Source of the DNA: Spirochaetota bacterium
GTDB taxonomy: Bacteria; Spirochaetota; UBA4802; UBA5550
Reading direction: 5' to 3'
DNA: 49,196 nucleotides
Assembly (NCBI GenBank): GCA_050298055.1
Contig: JBNKTL010000038.1
Location: 1 to 49,196, forward strand
Part shown: one piece after another, positions 36,212 to 45,898 of the stretch
Layout of the letters: every line of letters starts with the position of its first letter
Numbering within the stretch: position 1 is the first letter of the stretch
Made by a program: the position numbers and the translations under genes
The notes under the pieces: generated by a model
What the model saw: only the letters and a program-made list of their open reading frames with translations
Databases searched by the model: none
What the model was told of the DNA's origin: nothing

Positions 36212-39200
36212 TTATTTATTTTTTCCCCTTATCTCTCTGATTAGGTCCTTCTTTATCTCTTTTTTGATTTTTTTTCTGAAGTCTGACTTTATATGATCTT
36301 CGATCTCTTGTTTAAGAAGATCTTTTTCGTCATCTGCAGGCATCTGTTTACTGTTTTCAGGGTGTTCATTATCTGAATAAAATCTCCGGAAGATCTTCCT
36401 CCTGGCATCGGCAAATATGTTGTAGAGTATCGGTGTGGCAAAGAGGGTAATCAGTGTGCCGAAAGCCAGTCCCCATGACATTGAAATTGCCATGGGTTTG
36501 AGAAAGGGATCATACCCGCCCAGGCCGTAGGCTGTAGGTATCAGTCCGGAAAAAGTCGTAATGGTTGTAAGATAAACCGGCCGCAGCCTGTTTGAACAGG
36601 CCATTATTGTGGCGTCCGGGGTCCTGAGACCGGAACCCCGGTATTTCCTGATGAAATCCACCAGGACAATTGAATCGTTCACAACAACCCCCGCGAGACC
36701 TACAATCCCCATAAGCGCCAGAAAAGAGAGAGGCATTCCGTGAAAATAGAATGCCCAGATGACACCGGTGAATGTAAGGGGTATGACACTCATGATAATC
36801 AGCGGATGGGACAGTGACCTGAAAAGGCCCACGAGAATGATATAGATAACGAGCAGGGCAATGAGAAATGACCGTGAAAGATTTTCTATGGATTCCCGTG
36901 TGTCCTTGAACTCACCCAGGTAATCCACAATGAGGCCGGGATACTTTTTATCAATGTCTTTGAACTTCTTCTGTAAAAGGCCGTTTACATAAACCGATGT
37001 AACATCCCTGGCCTTTTCATCAATATCGGCGGTTACCTTCAGTGCCCGTTTCCAGGAGTTCCTGTTGATCAGTGATATCCCGGTGGTTTGTCTGAAGTTC
37101 GCGACCTTTGAGAGGGGGATAAGGTCCCCGTTACTGTTTGCTATTTTTACCCTGTTGAGGGTCTCTGTCCTGTTCCTGAGCCTTTCGGGAAATATCACCC
37201 TCAGGTCGATCTCCTCATCGGATTTCTTTATCTTTGTGGGCACGTCCCCGTTAAAACATGTCCTTACCGTGGACGCAATATCAAACACACTGATTTCCGC
37301 TATGGACGCGGTCTTCTCATCAATAAAAATCCTCAGCTCCGATTTTCCCTCCTCGTAGTTGTCCTTGATGTCCTTGACCCCTTCAATCTTTTTCAAAAAG
37401 CCCTTCACATCCGCCGCGGCACTTCGCAGGATTTTGAAATTGTCCCCCTTGAGTGTCACGTTTACCGCCTTTCCCACCGGGGGGCCGTGCCTGATGTATG
37501 CAAACTCAAGCTTTTCAAATTCACTCATAATTCCCGAACTCTTTCTCCTGATCGATTCGATGATCTCGTCGGCTTTTCTCTTCCTGTTACTTTCAGGTGT
37601 GAGGTTGACCATTACGATCCCGTAATTCGATCCCCTCTTGGTATCGGGGTCCATGGGGTGCTCCTGCATGAGGCCTGTTGTTGAGATGAAGTTGTCCAGT
37701 TCATCCCCAGGGAGCTGTGCCACGATCTTTTCAATGAGGGCAATTTTTTTGCTCATCATCTTCATGCCGGTCCCTTTTTTCGCCTCTGCCTTTATCACGA
37801 AGCGCTCGATGACACCCTGGGGAAAGAGTATCAGTTTGAGGTTATTCCCGGCAAAGAGAAGTGTACCCATAAAGATAAGTGCTATGAGAAGGGCGAACCG
37901 GTATTTATACTTCAGGACAAAGGTGATCATCAGGGTGTAGGTCTCCCGGATCTTCCGGTAGGTCCCTTTCTTCAGTTTTTTCTGATGATAAACAGAAACC
38001 GTTCTCCCTTTCTCCAGGTCCATGATATGACAGGGAAGGATAAACATCGACTCTCCCCATGACATCAGGAGCGCCACCGTTACAATTGCGGGGAGGGTCC
38101 ACATGAACTTGCCCATAATTCCCGACATGAACATGAGGGGACTGAATGCGGCAATAGTGGTCATAATGGTCCCCGCAACAGGAGTGATGACCTCGGAGGT
38201 CCCCCGTATCACGGCCTCCCGGGGACTCCGGCCCTCTTCAAGATGCCTGTAAACATTTTCGGAAACAATGATGGCATCATCCACGAGCATCCCCAGCACC
38301 ACAATAAGCCCGAACATGGACATCAGGTTAATGCTCACATCATAGTTATGCATCCAGATTATTGTCCCGCTGAACGCAAGAGGAATGCCCAGCGCGGTCA
38401 CAATGGATATCCGCCAACCCAGTGTGGCAAGGAGGAGCAGGACCACCAGAACAAGGCCCACAATGCCGTTATTGTTGAGAACTTTCAGCCTTCTTCTTAC
38501 AAAGTAGGAGAGATCATTGGAGCTGCGTATCCTGTATCCTTCCCCGTAGCTCTCCCGGAAATCCTTTACCTTTTCAATGACCCGGTCAACCAGGGTGATG
38601 ATATCCATTTTCTCTTTCTTGATGACCGTAAGGGTGATGGATTTTTTCCCTGAGGTTTTATTCAGAACGCTCTCCTCTTCAAAGGAGTCCCTTACCGTCG
38701 CCACATCCCCAATGCTTACCCAGTTTCCCATATCATTGGCCCTGACCAGGACATTTTCTATATCCTTTGAATGAGTGACTTCCCCGATGATCCTGATCAT
38801 GACCTCGGTTTTTTCCCGTTTCATGAAACCGGCAGGGTGGTTGAGGTTTTTCCTGCCGAGAGCGCCGGAAATTTCATTTATTCCTATGTGAAAGTGCTCA
38901 AGCCTGCCCGGGTCCGCTTCCACGATGAATTCCCTGTCACGGTATCCTCTTTTGTCTATCCTGGCGACTCCCGGCAGTTCCAGGAGACTGTCTTCAAGCA
39001 TATCGGCAAGCCTTCTCAGTTCTCTTTCGTCGGCATCGTTTTTTATGGCGTTTTTGTTGATCAGGGAGATCTCGATTACGGGAAAGAGGGCGGAGTTCAG
39101 TTCCATCACCAGGGGGTCTTCCGTGTCCTCCGGCAGGTCGGTGACCCTCTCCAGGGAGAGCTTAATGTCGTTGATTGTCTTGTCCTTGTTTGTTATGTCC

Positions 39201-39493
39201 GGGTCCAGTTTGATGGATATAACGGAGCGGGACTCAAGTGAGGTTGAGTAGATCTCTTCAATGCCGTCAATCTCCCGGAGCTGGTTTTCAAGGGGGATAG
39301 AGATATGCTTTTCAATATCTTCCGGTGTTGCTCCCGGGTAAGCTGTTGTTATGACTATCCACTCGTAGTCTATCCTGGGGAATGCTTCCCTGTTGGTGTT
39401 GATCAGGAGGAGTGTCCCTGCCAGGATGAGGCCGACAGAGATGATATTAACCAGCAGGGACCTTTCAATAAAGTATGTAACAAGTCTTTTCAT
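36212..39493 (-). CDS. RND family efflux transporter permease (AcrB-like)
   Basis: REAFP, YPGATPEDIE, GMLVDDAIIVSEN, GVVVNDSIVLVD, RLRPVYLTT; about 12 TMs. Confidence 0.93.
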   Translation of the reverse strand: MKRLVTYFIERSLLVNIISVGLILAGTLLLINTNREAFPRIDYEWIVITTAYPGATPEDIEKHISIPLENQLREIDGIEEIYSTSLESRSVISIKLDPDITNKDKTINDIKLSLERVTDLPEDTEDPLVMELNSALFPVIEISLINKNAIKNDADERELRRLADMLEDSLLELPGVARIDKRGYRDREFIVEADPGRLEHFHIGINEISGALGRKNLNHPAGFMKREKTEVMIRIIGEVTHSKDIENVLVRANDMGNWVSIGDVATVRDSFEEESVLNKTSGKKSITLTVIKKEKMDIITLVDRVIEKVKDFRESYGEGYRIRSSNDLSYFVRRRLKVLNNNGIVGLVLVVLLLLATLGWRISIVTALGIPLAFSGTIIWMHNYDVSINLMSMFGLIVVLGMLVDDAIIVSENVYRHLEEGRSPREAVIRGTSEVITPVAGTIMTTIAAFSPLMFMSGIMGKFMWTLPAIVTVALLMSWGESMFILPCHIMDLEKGRTVSVYHQKKLKKGTYRKIRETYTLMITFVLKYKYRFALLIALIFMGTLLFAGNNLKLILFPQGVIERFVIKAEAKKGTGMKMMSKKIALIEKIVAQLPGDELDNFISTTGLMQEHPMDPDTKRGSNYGIVMVNLTPESNRKRKADEIIESIRRKSSGIMSEFEKLEFAYIRHGPPVGKAVNVTLKGDNFKILRSAAADVKGFLKKIEGVKDIKDNYEEGKSELRIFIDEKTASIAEISVFDIASTVRTCFNGDVPTKIKKSDEEIDLRVIFPERLRNRTETLNRVKIANSNGDLIPLSKVANFRQTTGISLINRNSWKRALKVTADIDEKARDVTSVYVNGLLQKKFKDIDKKYPGLIVDYLGEFKDTRESIENLSRSFLIALLVIYIILVGLFRSLSHPLIIMSVIPLTFTGVIWAFYFHGMPLSFLALMGIVGLAGVVVNDSIVLVDFIRKYRGSGLRTPDATIMACSNRLRPVYLTTITTFSGLIPTAYGLGGYDPFLKPMAISMSWGLAFGTLITLFATPILYNIFADARRKIFRRFYSDNEHPENSKQMPADDEKDLLKQEIEDHIKSDFRKKIKKEIKKDLIREIRGKNK

Positions 39494-39757
39494 CTTTCCC
39501 GTGACCCGGTTACAGTTTATCTATAATATAGTGTCTATTCAATTAATCTGCAAATGTCAATCCATTGTTTTTATCTTTTACTCATAATGTAAAAAACATC
39601 ATGCTTAATGAAATTATTATAATTTTTATTTTCTCCAAAATGTATTGTTGATGAGATGTGTAAAAAGGGGGATAATGATTTGCTCTGCAAATTTGAACTT
39701 GACGAATAATTACCGGTATATAGAGTTTTTCATTATCAGAGAGATGGCGGTGATGTA

Positions 39758-41884
39758 ATGAGCAAAGATCAAATCCCCGATGATAATCGCGGATATACCG
39801 ATGAACAGCTTAAACTGGCAGAGCATATTGCCCGTGTGGAAGAGCTGAAAGAATCATACGCGTTTACCCGGGAGCTTCTGAAAAAAGTTACCGAGGGCCT
39901 TATTATCTATGACAGTGAGGATGAAATAATCTATGCCAATCTCTTTATAATAGAGATGCTGGGGCTGGAAATTGATGAAATATATGGTGAAAAGATCCAT
40001 GAATTTATCTCCGAAGAATATCGCTCCCTTCTTGATGAGAAGAAGTTATCGGGGAGGGGCAGGGGGATCGAAATTTGCTGTATCAATAAAAGCGGTAAGC
40101 AGATACCCGTAAGAATTAAAAATGGAGAATTGCCCTATAAGAATGATATGTTGAGTTTTCTCTTTATTGAAGATCTCTCCCGTTTACACAATTACAGAAA
40201 GGCGCTTAAAGAGAGCGGGCAGCTTTTCAGGCTTATGACCGGGAAAAGCTCCGAAGTTATTTCTGTTATAAACAGGGAAGGAGAGATCCAGTATGTGAGC
40301 GAACCTTCGGAGAGGATATTCGGGTATTCCCCCTATGAACTTGCAGGTTCTTCTTTTTACGATTTTATTCACCCTGAAGACAGGAGCAACCTGGAAAAAA
40401 AGATCAGGAACTGGATAAACAACAATGTCGAATGTACCAATACGGACTACCGTTTCAGAAGCAGTGACGGCAGTTTCATTGATGTGGAATCCACCGTGTG
40501 CAATATCGTTCACGATCCCCTGATAAACGGGTTGCTTTTACACACACGGGACATTACCGACCGGAAGAAAGCTGAGGAGCAGGCGGCCCATTCCCAGCTT
40601 TATGATACTCTCATTACGAAGCTCCCCAATATCAGTCTCCTGAAAACGCGCCTTCAGCTTGAGATTGTCAAGGTGCAGGAGAGAAGCCAGAAGAACATGT
40701 TCGCTGTGATGAGTGTGGGTATTGATCACTTTAAAAAGATCAATAACCTCTACGGGACCGATACCGGGGACCTCATCCTTTATAAAATCGGTCAGAGGCT
40801 TAAGAACTCCTTCAGGGGTGATGACCTTGTGGCCCATTACAGCGGTGATTCCTTTGTTGTCCTTCTTTCCTATATCGCGCGGTCATATGACTTCAAGGAC
40901 ATCATCAGGAAAACCATGGGCAGGCTTTCGGAGCCTTTCGAGATGGATGGGAAAAAAATCGATATTACCGCATCTATCGGCATCGCTGTTTTCCCCAACG
41001 ACGGTGAGTCTGTGGAACAGCTTATCAATAACAGCCAGGCGGCCATGTACAGGGCAAAGGAGGAAGGTCACGGGAATTATCATCTCTTCGATTCCCTGAT
41101 GCACCGGGAGCTTATTGAAAGCCTGCAGCTTGAAGATGAGCTCAAAGACGCGGTTGTCAATGGCGAATTCGTGGCGTATTACCAGCCTATCTTTGACTCT
41201 CATGGGGAGATTGCAGGTGCGGAGACACTGATCAGGTGGGAATCCCCTAAAAGGGGACTCATCCCCCCGGGCAGCTTTGTTCCGCTTATTGAGAAAAACG
41301 GCATGATTGTTGAGATAGGCTATATGATACTGAAAATGGCCTGTGAAGATATTAAGAGATGGAATGACAGGGGATTTAAAAAGACCGTGGCAATTAATTT
41401 TGCGCCGAACCAGTTTAAAGATCCTGACCTTATAGAAAATGTGGAGAGGATAATCCTTGAATCAGGAGTCAATACCGATTACCTTGAGTTTGAGATCACC
41501 GAGAGCGGCATCATGGAGAACGCGAAAGAGGGGCTGCTTAAACTCTTCAAGATCCATACCATGGGAATCAGCATAGCCATGGATGATTTCGGGACCGGCC
41601 TTTCGTCCCTCAGCAATCTGATATTGTATCCCATTGATGTTTTAAAAATTGATAAGTCCTTTGTAGACAAGCTCCCTTCCAATGAAGAAGCGAAGATCGT
41701 GGTCAACTCAATTATCAGTCTTGCGGATAACCTCGGTTATGATGTGATTGCCGAAGGGATTGAGACCGAGAGCCAGCTGAATTATCTCAAGGACCTGAAA
41801 TGCGGCATGTTCCAGGGCTACTATTTTGAAAGACCCATGCCCGCGGATGAATTTGAAAAGAAGTATGTTGATAAGTCAGAGTAA
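39758..41884 (+). CDS. PAS-PAS-GGDEF(degenerate)-EAL protein, probable c-di-GMP phosphodiesterase
   Basis: PAS motifs (FIHPEDR, RDITDRK); GGDEF position reads SGDSF; YYQP, AETLIRW, EITES, DDFGTG, KIDKSF, AEGIET, QGYYF. Confidence 0.92.
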   Translation: MSKDQIPDDNRGYTDEQLKLAEHIARVEELKESYAFTRELLKKVTEGLIIYDSEDEIIYANLFIIEMLGLEIDEIYGEKIHEFISEEYRSLLDEKKLSGRGRGIEICCINKSGKQIPVRIKNGELPYKNDMLSFLFIEDLSRLHNYRKALKESGQLFRLMTGKSSEVISVINREGEIQYVSEPSERIFGYSPYELAGSSFYDFIHPEDRSNLEKKIRNWINNNVECTNTDYRFRSSDGSFIDVESTVCNIVHDPLINGLLLHTRDITDRKKAEEQAAHSQLYDTLITKLPNISLLKTRLQLEIVKVQERSQKNMFAVMSVGIDHFKKINNLYGTDTGDLILYKIGQRLKNSFRGDDLVAHYSGDSFVVLLSYIARSYDFKDIIRKTMGRLSEPFEMDGKKIDITASIGIAVFPNDGESVEQLINNSQAAMYRAKEEGHGNYHLFDSLMHRELIESLQLEDELKDAVVNGEFVAYYQPIFDSHGEIAGAETLIRWESPKRGLIPPGSFVPLIEKNGMIVEIGYMILKMACEDIKRWNDRGFKKTVAINFAPNQFKDPDLIENVERIILESGVNTDYLEFEITESGIMENAKEGLLKLFKIHTMGISIAMDDFGTGLSSLSNLILYPIDVLKIDKSFVDKLPSNEEAKIVVNSIISLADNLGYDVIAEGIETESQLNYLKDLKCGMFQGYYFERPMPADEFEKKYVDKSE

Positions 41885-42181
41885 TCTCTCATTACTCCGG
41901 ATATAGTCCCTCACGTAAAAGGGTATTGTTCCGCTTTCCAGGTAGGCCCTGAAATCACTGTTAAGCCTCTCTTTGGAGATATCCCACTTTTCACCACTTA
42001 TCTCAAAAATATCAAATTCACCCTTTCCGCTCATTCTGGCCAGTATGAAAAGTTTTTCATATTCGCTGACGTTTTTCTTTTTGTAGTGCCGTGTTCTGAA
42101 ATAGAGGTATGTATAGTAGAGAAGGAGGAAGACCACTATCCAGAAAATTTTTGAGCTTAAGATGTTTGTGATGTTGTTCAT
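41876..42181 (-). CDS. Hypothetical membrane-anchored protein
   Basis: AAGGAG RBS; N-terminal TM; IPFYVRDYIR C-terminus. Confidence 0.65.
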   Translation of the reverse strand: MNNITNILSSKIFWIVVFLLLYYTYLYFRTRHYKKKNVSEYEKLFILARMSGKGEFDIFEISGEKWDISKERLNSDFRAYLESGTIPFYVRDYIRSNERLL

Positions 42182-42500
42182 ATCTCCTTTCTTACACTCT
42201 TCTAAAATCTTTTCTGCGCATTTTGACTCTGTGGCAAATTTTTATTAGTGTGAAATATCTTATTATTTTCATAGTATTCATAACTTTTCCTGAAGTGCAA
42301 GCTGTTTAAGAAGTATTATTGTCCCTGTTATGGATTTGCGGTCAATTTTCAATAGACTTATAAAAATTTATATATTTTATTCTCTTGACATTGCATTTTA
42401 TGGTTTATATTGTTATTTAAAAATAAAATACGTATCGGTGTAAGCAATTTTACAAGTTGTTGTGTATTTATATATACTCATTTAATGTAAGGGGTAACCT

Positions 42501-43424
42501 GTGAAAGATGTAACATTTGAATTGAAAAATCTCATAACTCCATTGATCATTTTTTTGTCATTTTGGATCATAGCAGTTGTATTATGGCGGTCTACGGGAA
42601 ACATATTTCTTTTGTTTAACTTTGGTTATATTGGTACCGCCGTTGGAGTGGGAATCGGCCTCTATACGTTCCTTCCCAAAAAAAAGAAACCATCAGGCAG
42701 ACGCTTTGCTCAATTACTTGTGGGTATCTATTTGCTGATTTTCCTCGGGATGATTAAAAAGGAAAACATGCAGATAGAAGGTTTCTTTTTCTATTTGCTA
42801 TCCGGATTTTTTTCAGGTTCGCTCATTCATTATCTGGTAGCAAAAATTTTCGGACCAATTATCTATGGAAGAGGCTACTGCGGCTGGGCTTGCTGGACCG
42901 CAATGGTTCTCGATTACCTTCCTTATAAAATAAACAAAAAAGGGAGAATTGCCTCAAAATGGGAATTATTAAGATATGCCCATTTTTTTATCAGCCTTGT
43001 ACTGGTTCTCCTCTTTTGGTTTATTTTCCAAAATCAGTCCGTCCCAAAGGGAGAATCAGCGTTGATATGGCTTATTACCGGTAATATATTTTATTATGCT
43101 TCCGCGATTATACTTGCGTTTACGCTAAAAGACAACAGGGCGTTTTGCAAATATCTCTGCCCAATAACTGTAATACTCAAGATTACAATAAGATTTTCTT
43201 TTCTTAAGATTGAGGGAGATAAGGAAAAATGTACTGAGTGCGGCGCATGTAACAGGGTATGCCCCATGAATATTGATATAATAGAGTATATAAATAATGG
43301 TGAAAGAGTACTCTCTACCGAATGTATTTCCTGTATGACCTGTACAACAGTGTGCCCCAACGGAATACTTAATGAAACGTTTAAAATGGATATTGGGGGA
43401 AAAGAATATATACAAAGGAGATGA
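42501..43424 (+). CDS. Membrane-bound 4Fe-4S binding protein (NapH/MauN-like polyferredoxin)
   Basis: Several TMs; GRGYCGWACW, FCKYLCP, two CxxCxxCxxxCP motifs; GTG start; AT-rich. Confidence 0.88.
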   Translation: MKDVTFELKNLITPLIIFLSFWIIAVVLWRSTGNIFLLFNFGYIGTAVGVGIGLYTFLPKKKKPSGRRFAQLLVGIYLLIFLGMIKKENMQIEGFFFYLLSGFFSGSLIHYLVAKIFGPIIYGRGYCGWACWTAMVLDYLPYKINKKGRIASKWELLRYAHFFISLVLVLLFWFIFQNQSVPKGESALIWLITGNIFYYASAIILAFTLKDNRAFCKYLCPITVILKITIRFSFLKIEGDKEKCTECGACNRVCPMNIDIIEYINNGERVLSTECISCMTCTTVCPNGILNETFKMDIGGKEYIQRR

Positions 43425-43647
43425 AATGGCTGTGTTCAACTTTGGAGGAAAAAATATTAATGGGAGTCTAAAATCAAAAACTGCCACAAAAATTATAAGA
43501 AAATGAATAGATCTTTATCGGGGTTATATGTATAAAGATAAAAAAGTCAATTTGTAATACTGATTACATCAAAACAGACAGCAAAACAACAGGAAACCGA
43601 ACAACCTCATGCAGGCGGTGTCCAAAAGACAGTGCCTGAATAGTAAC

Positions 43648-44679
43648 CTATCTGATTTTTAAATATTTCAGCAATCTATAACGGTCAGTGAGTATGTTAT
43701 CACTCACTTTTTTTAGTTTAATTTTGCCAATATCAATAAAGTCATTATGAGGTCCTTCAGGCTTTTTTGAAGTCCCTCTTCTGTCTCCGGTATTGAAAAT
43801 TCTGGAGACACCGATAGTACCGTCTTCAGTGATGATAAAAATGATCGTTTTCGTATTTTTCAGGAAATTTATCTTAAAACTGTTATCTTCAAACCATTGT
43901 GACATACTGCCCATCCTGCTCAGTCCAATAGCAAAAACCTGGTATATTTTCTCTTTGGGGTAATCAACAGATCCCGTAATGCAGCAGTAGGAATCCTCAG
44001 GATAATCAAAGTTCCATGGTGTAAATTTATTAATTGAATATATTCTTGTTTTCTTTTTTACTTTGTATATTTTCGCAAGGGCCTTGTTTCTTTTTTCTCT
44101 TTTTCTTATTTCTTCTTCACTTATTACAAAGGGTTTTTCTTGAACAGATGTCCTCTTCTCCACAATTCCCATTTCCTGGTTATGACCGTCATATTCCCAG
44201 TAACCGTCTTTGTTTATTTTATAGACATTGAATTTATCTCCCGGAACAATATCCGGAAAATGAACATCTATTTTTTTATCTTCTCTTAATTCAATACTTT
44301 TGCCGTTAAATTTTGCGTTTATCTTAAACATGCCTGCTGATTCAAATATCTCTTCTTTTCCTTTATCATTTATATAAATAAGATTTATGCCGGACGTGGC
44401 GAGAGCGAATGAGTCGACATATTCGGTAAGTTCAATATTAATGTTGTCATTTTCAGCTAAATCTTCATAATCAAGATCCAACGCATTTTCAGGAATTATC
44501 AGCTTTGTACCATGTTTGGCTTTTATTACATTTCTTTTGTGAGGATTTATTCTATAGGTCTGTGTCTTCTCGGCGAGTTTCTCCATAACAGGGTGAAGTT
44601 TTACTGCGTCCATTCTCTCTTTACCGCAAGAGATAAGAGTCATTAAACTAATAATTACAGATAAATATAATGTTTTCAT
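43648..44679 (-). CDS. Hypothetical lipoprotein
   Basis: MKTLYLSVIISLMTLIS-C lipobox at ATG 44679 (track start 44736 unlikely); GTKLIIPENAL, FESAGMFKI, WNFD; AT-rich. Confidence 0.75.
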   Translation of the reverse strand: MKTLYLSVIISLMTLISCGKERMDAVKLHPVMEKLAEKTQTYRINPHKRNVIKAKHGTKLIIPENALDLDYEDLAENDNINIELTEYVDSFALATSGINLIYINDKGKEEIFESAGMFKINAKFNGKSIELREDKKIDVHFPDIVPGDKFNVYKINKDGYWEYDGHNQEMGIVEKRTSVQEKPFVISEEEIRKREKRNKALAKIYKVKKKTRIYSINKFTPWNFDYPEDSYCCITGSVDYPKEKIYQVFAIGLSRMGSMSQWFEDNSFKINFLKNTKTIIFIITEDGTIGVSRIFNTGDRRGTSKKPEGPHNDFIDIGKIKLKKVSDNILTDRYRLLKYLKIR

Positions 44680-44734
44680 TCTAATATATGCATCCTCTTC
44701 AAAATGCTGAATAAAATTGAATGCACTCTCTCCC

Positions 44735-44922
44735 ATCAGCGTCTATCTGCGGTTCAAAACTCTTCCCGCCAATTTAAAATTCAACACTTGAAATTTAACA
44801 TTAAAAAATTCTTCTCTGCCTCCGCACCTCTGTGGCAAATCTCTCTCTTCCTTCTCTTCCTTCGTGAACTTCGTGTGAACTCTTCCTCTTTAACTCGGAA
44901 CCCGGAACACGAAACTCGAAAC
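44735..44922. repeat. Stack of five different short tandem-repeat blocks (periods 10, 7, about 8, 9 and 7)
   Basis: ATCAGCGTCT/ATCTGCGGTT; AATTTAA AATTCAA CACTTGA AATTTAA; CTCCGCAC CTCTGTGG; CTTCGTGAA CTTCGTGTG; AACTCGG AACCCGG AACACGA AACTCGA. Confidence 0.75.
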
Positions 44923-45452
44923 TATTCCTTAATAAGCGAAAGTATCAACTCAACATTCTCCTCAGAATCCCACCTTTCGGGCCCCAGCTTTACTTTTCTG
45001 ATAATTCCCTTCTTGTCCACGATGAAGGTCTCCGGGACCCCGGTGATCCCGAACTGCGTGGCGGCCCTGTTCAGGGGATCGGAAATGACCGGTATGTTGT
45101 ACCCCATTTTTCTTATAAACTTGAGACAGTTTTTAGAATTATCATTAAAGACAAGGGGCAGCATTTTGAAACCTGGATTGTCTTTCATTGCCTTATAGAG
45201 CCTGTCAACATTGGGCATCTCCTCAATGCAGGACCTGCACCAGCTGGCCCAGAAATTTATAAAGAGGACTTTTCCCTTGAGATCAGCCGGGTTGATTTCA
45301 AGCTGTGTCTCCACGTCACTGATCTGCATTTCCGGTATGGGGGCGCCAACAGGGAGCCTGTTATCTTTTCTGATGCCGGTCATGAGGTTGTAAACAAGGA
45401 CAACAGCGCCCATGAGGATGATGGCCACCGGGAATATCTGGGTCTTCTTCAT
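44922..45452 (-). CDS. TlpA/ResA-like thiol-disulfide oxidoreductase
   Basis: N-terminal TM; NFWASWCRSC, GITGVPETFIVDKKG; ATG 45452 with GGAAGG RBS. Confidence 0.92.
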   Translation of the reverse strand: MKKTQIFPVAIILMGAVVLVYNLMTGIRKDNRLPVGAPIPEMQISDVETQLEINPADLKGKVLFINFWASWCRSCIEEMPNVDRLYKAMKDNPGFKMLPLVFNDNSKNCLKFIRKMGYNIPVISDPLNRAATQFGITGVPETFIVDKKGIIRKVKLGPERWDSEENVELILSLIKE

Positions 45453-45898
45453 TTTCACCTTCCGATTTTTTTTCAGTGATTCTGTTTTACCGGGTCTTTC
45501 TGTCAAGAATTATCTCTTACCCCGGAAAACAGGCTATTATTCTCCTTGACATAATTTTAAACGTGTATAATAGATTGTTGAGTAGCAGTTCTGGGAAAAT
45601 TGGCAGTCAGATTTCAATTCTTTTGGATGACGCCGTGGTGTTTTTTTATCCATATTATTCTTGACAAAACGTTAAATTTCATGATCTATTCCAATTTCGT
45701 TTAATTGAAATATACAAAGGTGTAATAATAATAGACAAAAAGAGTTCAAAAGTTCAAATGTAATTGTTAAGGAAATAAACATTAATCTGCGTTAAAATCT
45801 CATTACGAGACAGATCTGGATTTCAGATTAACAGATTTTATTCTGTTGGAATAAGTCTTGTACCCGGTTTTGCCACAGGTTTACAGGAGGCCACTTGC

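Noticed and set aside
44735..44922. CRISPR array interpretation of the repeat stack
   Set aside because: No identical 23-47-bp repeats, irregular spacing and no cas genes
44704..45198. 164-aa plus-strand ORF crossing the repeat stack
   Set aside because: Translation of low-complexity repeats plus antisense of tlpA; no protein-like features
45546..45571. Perfect TTGACA and TATAAT hexamers upstream of the PKS
   Set aside because: Spacer is only 14 bp, outside the functional sigma70 range
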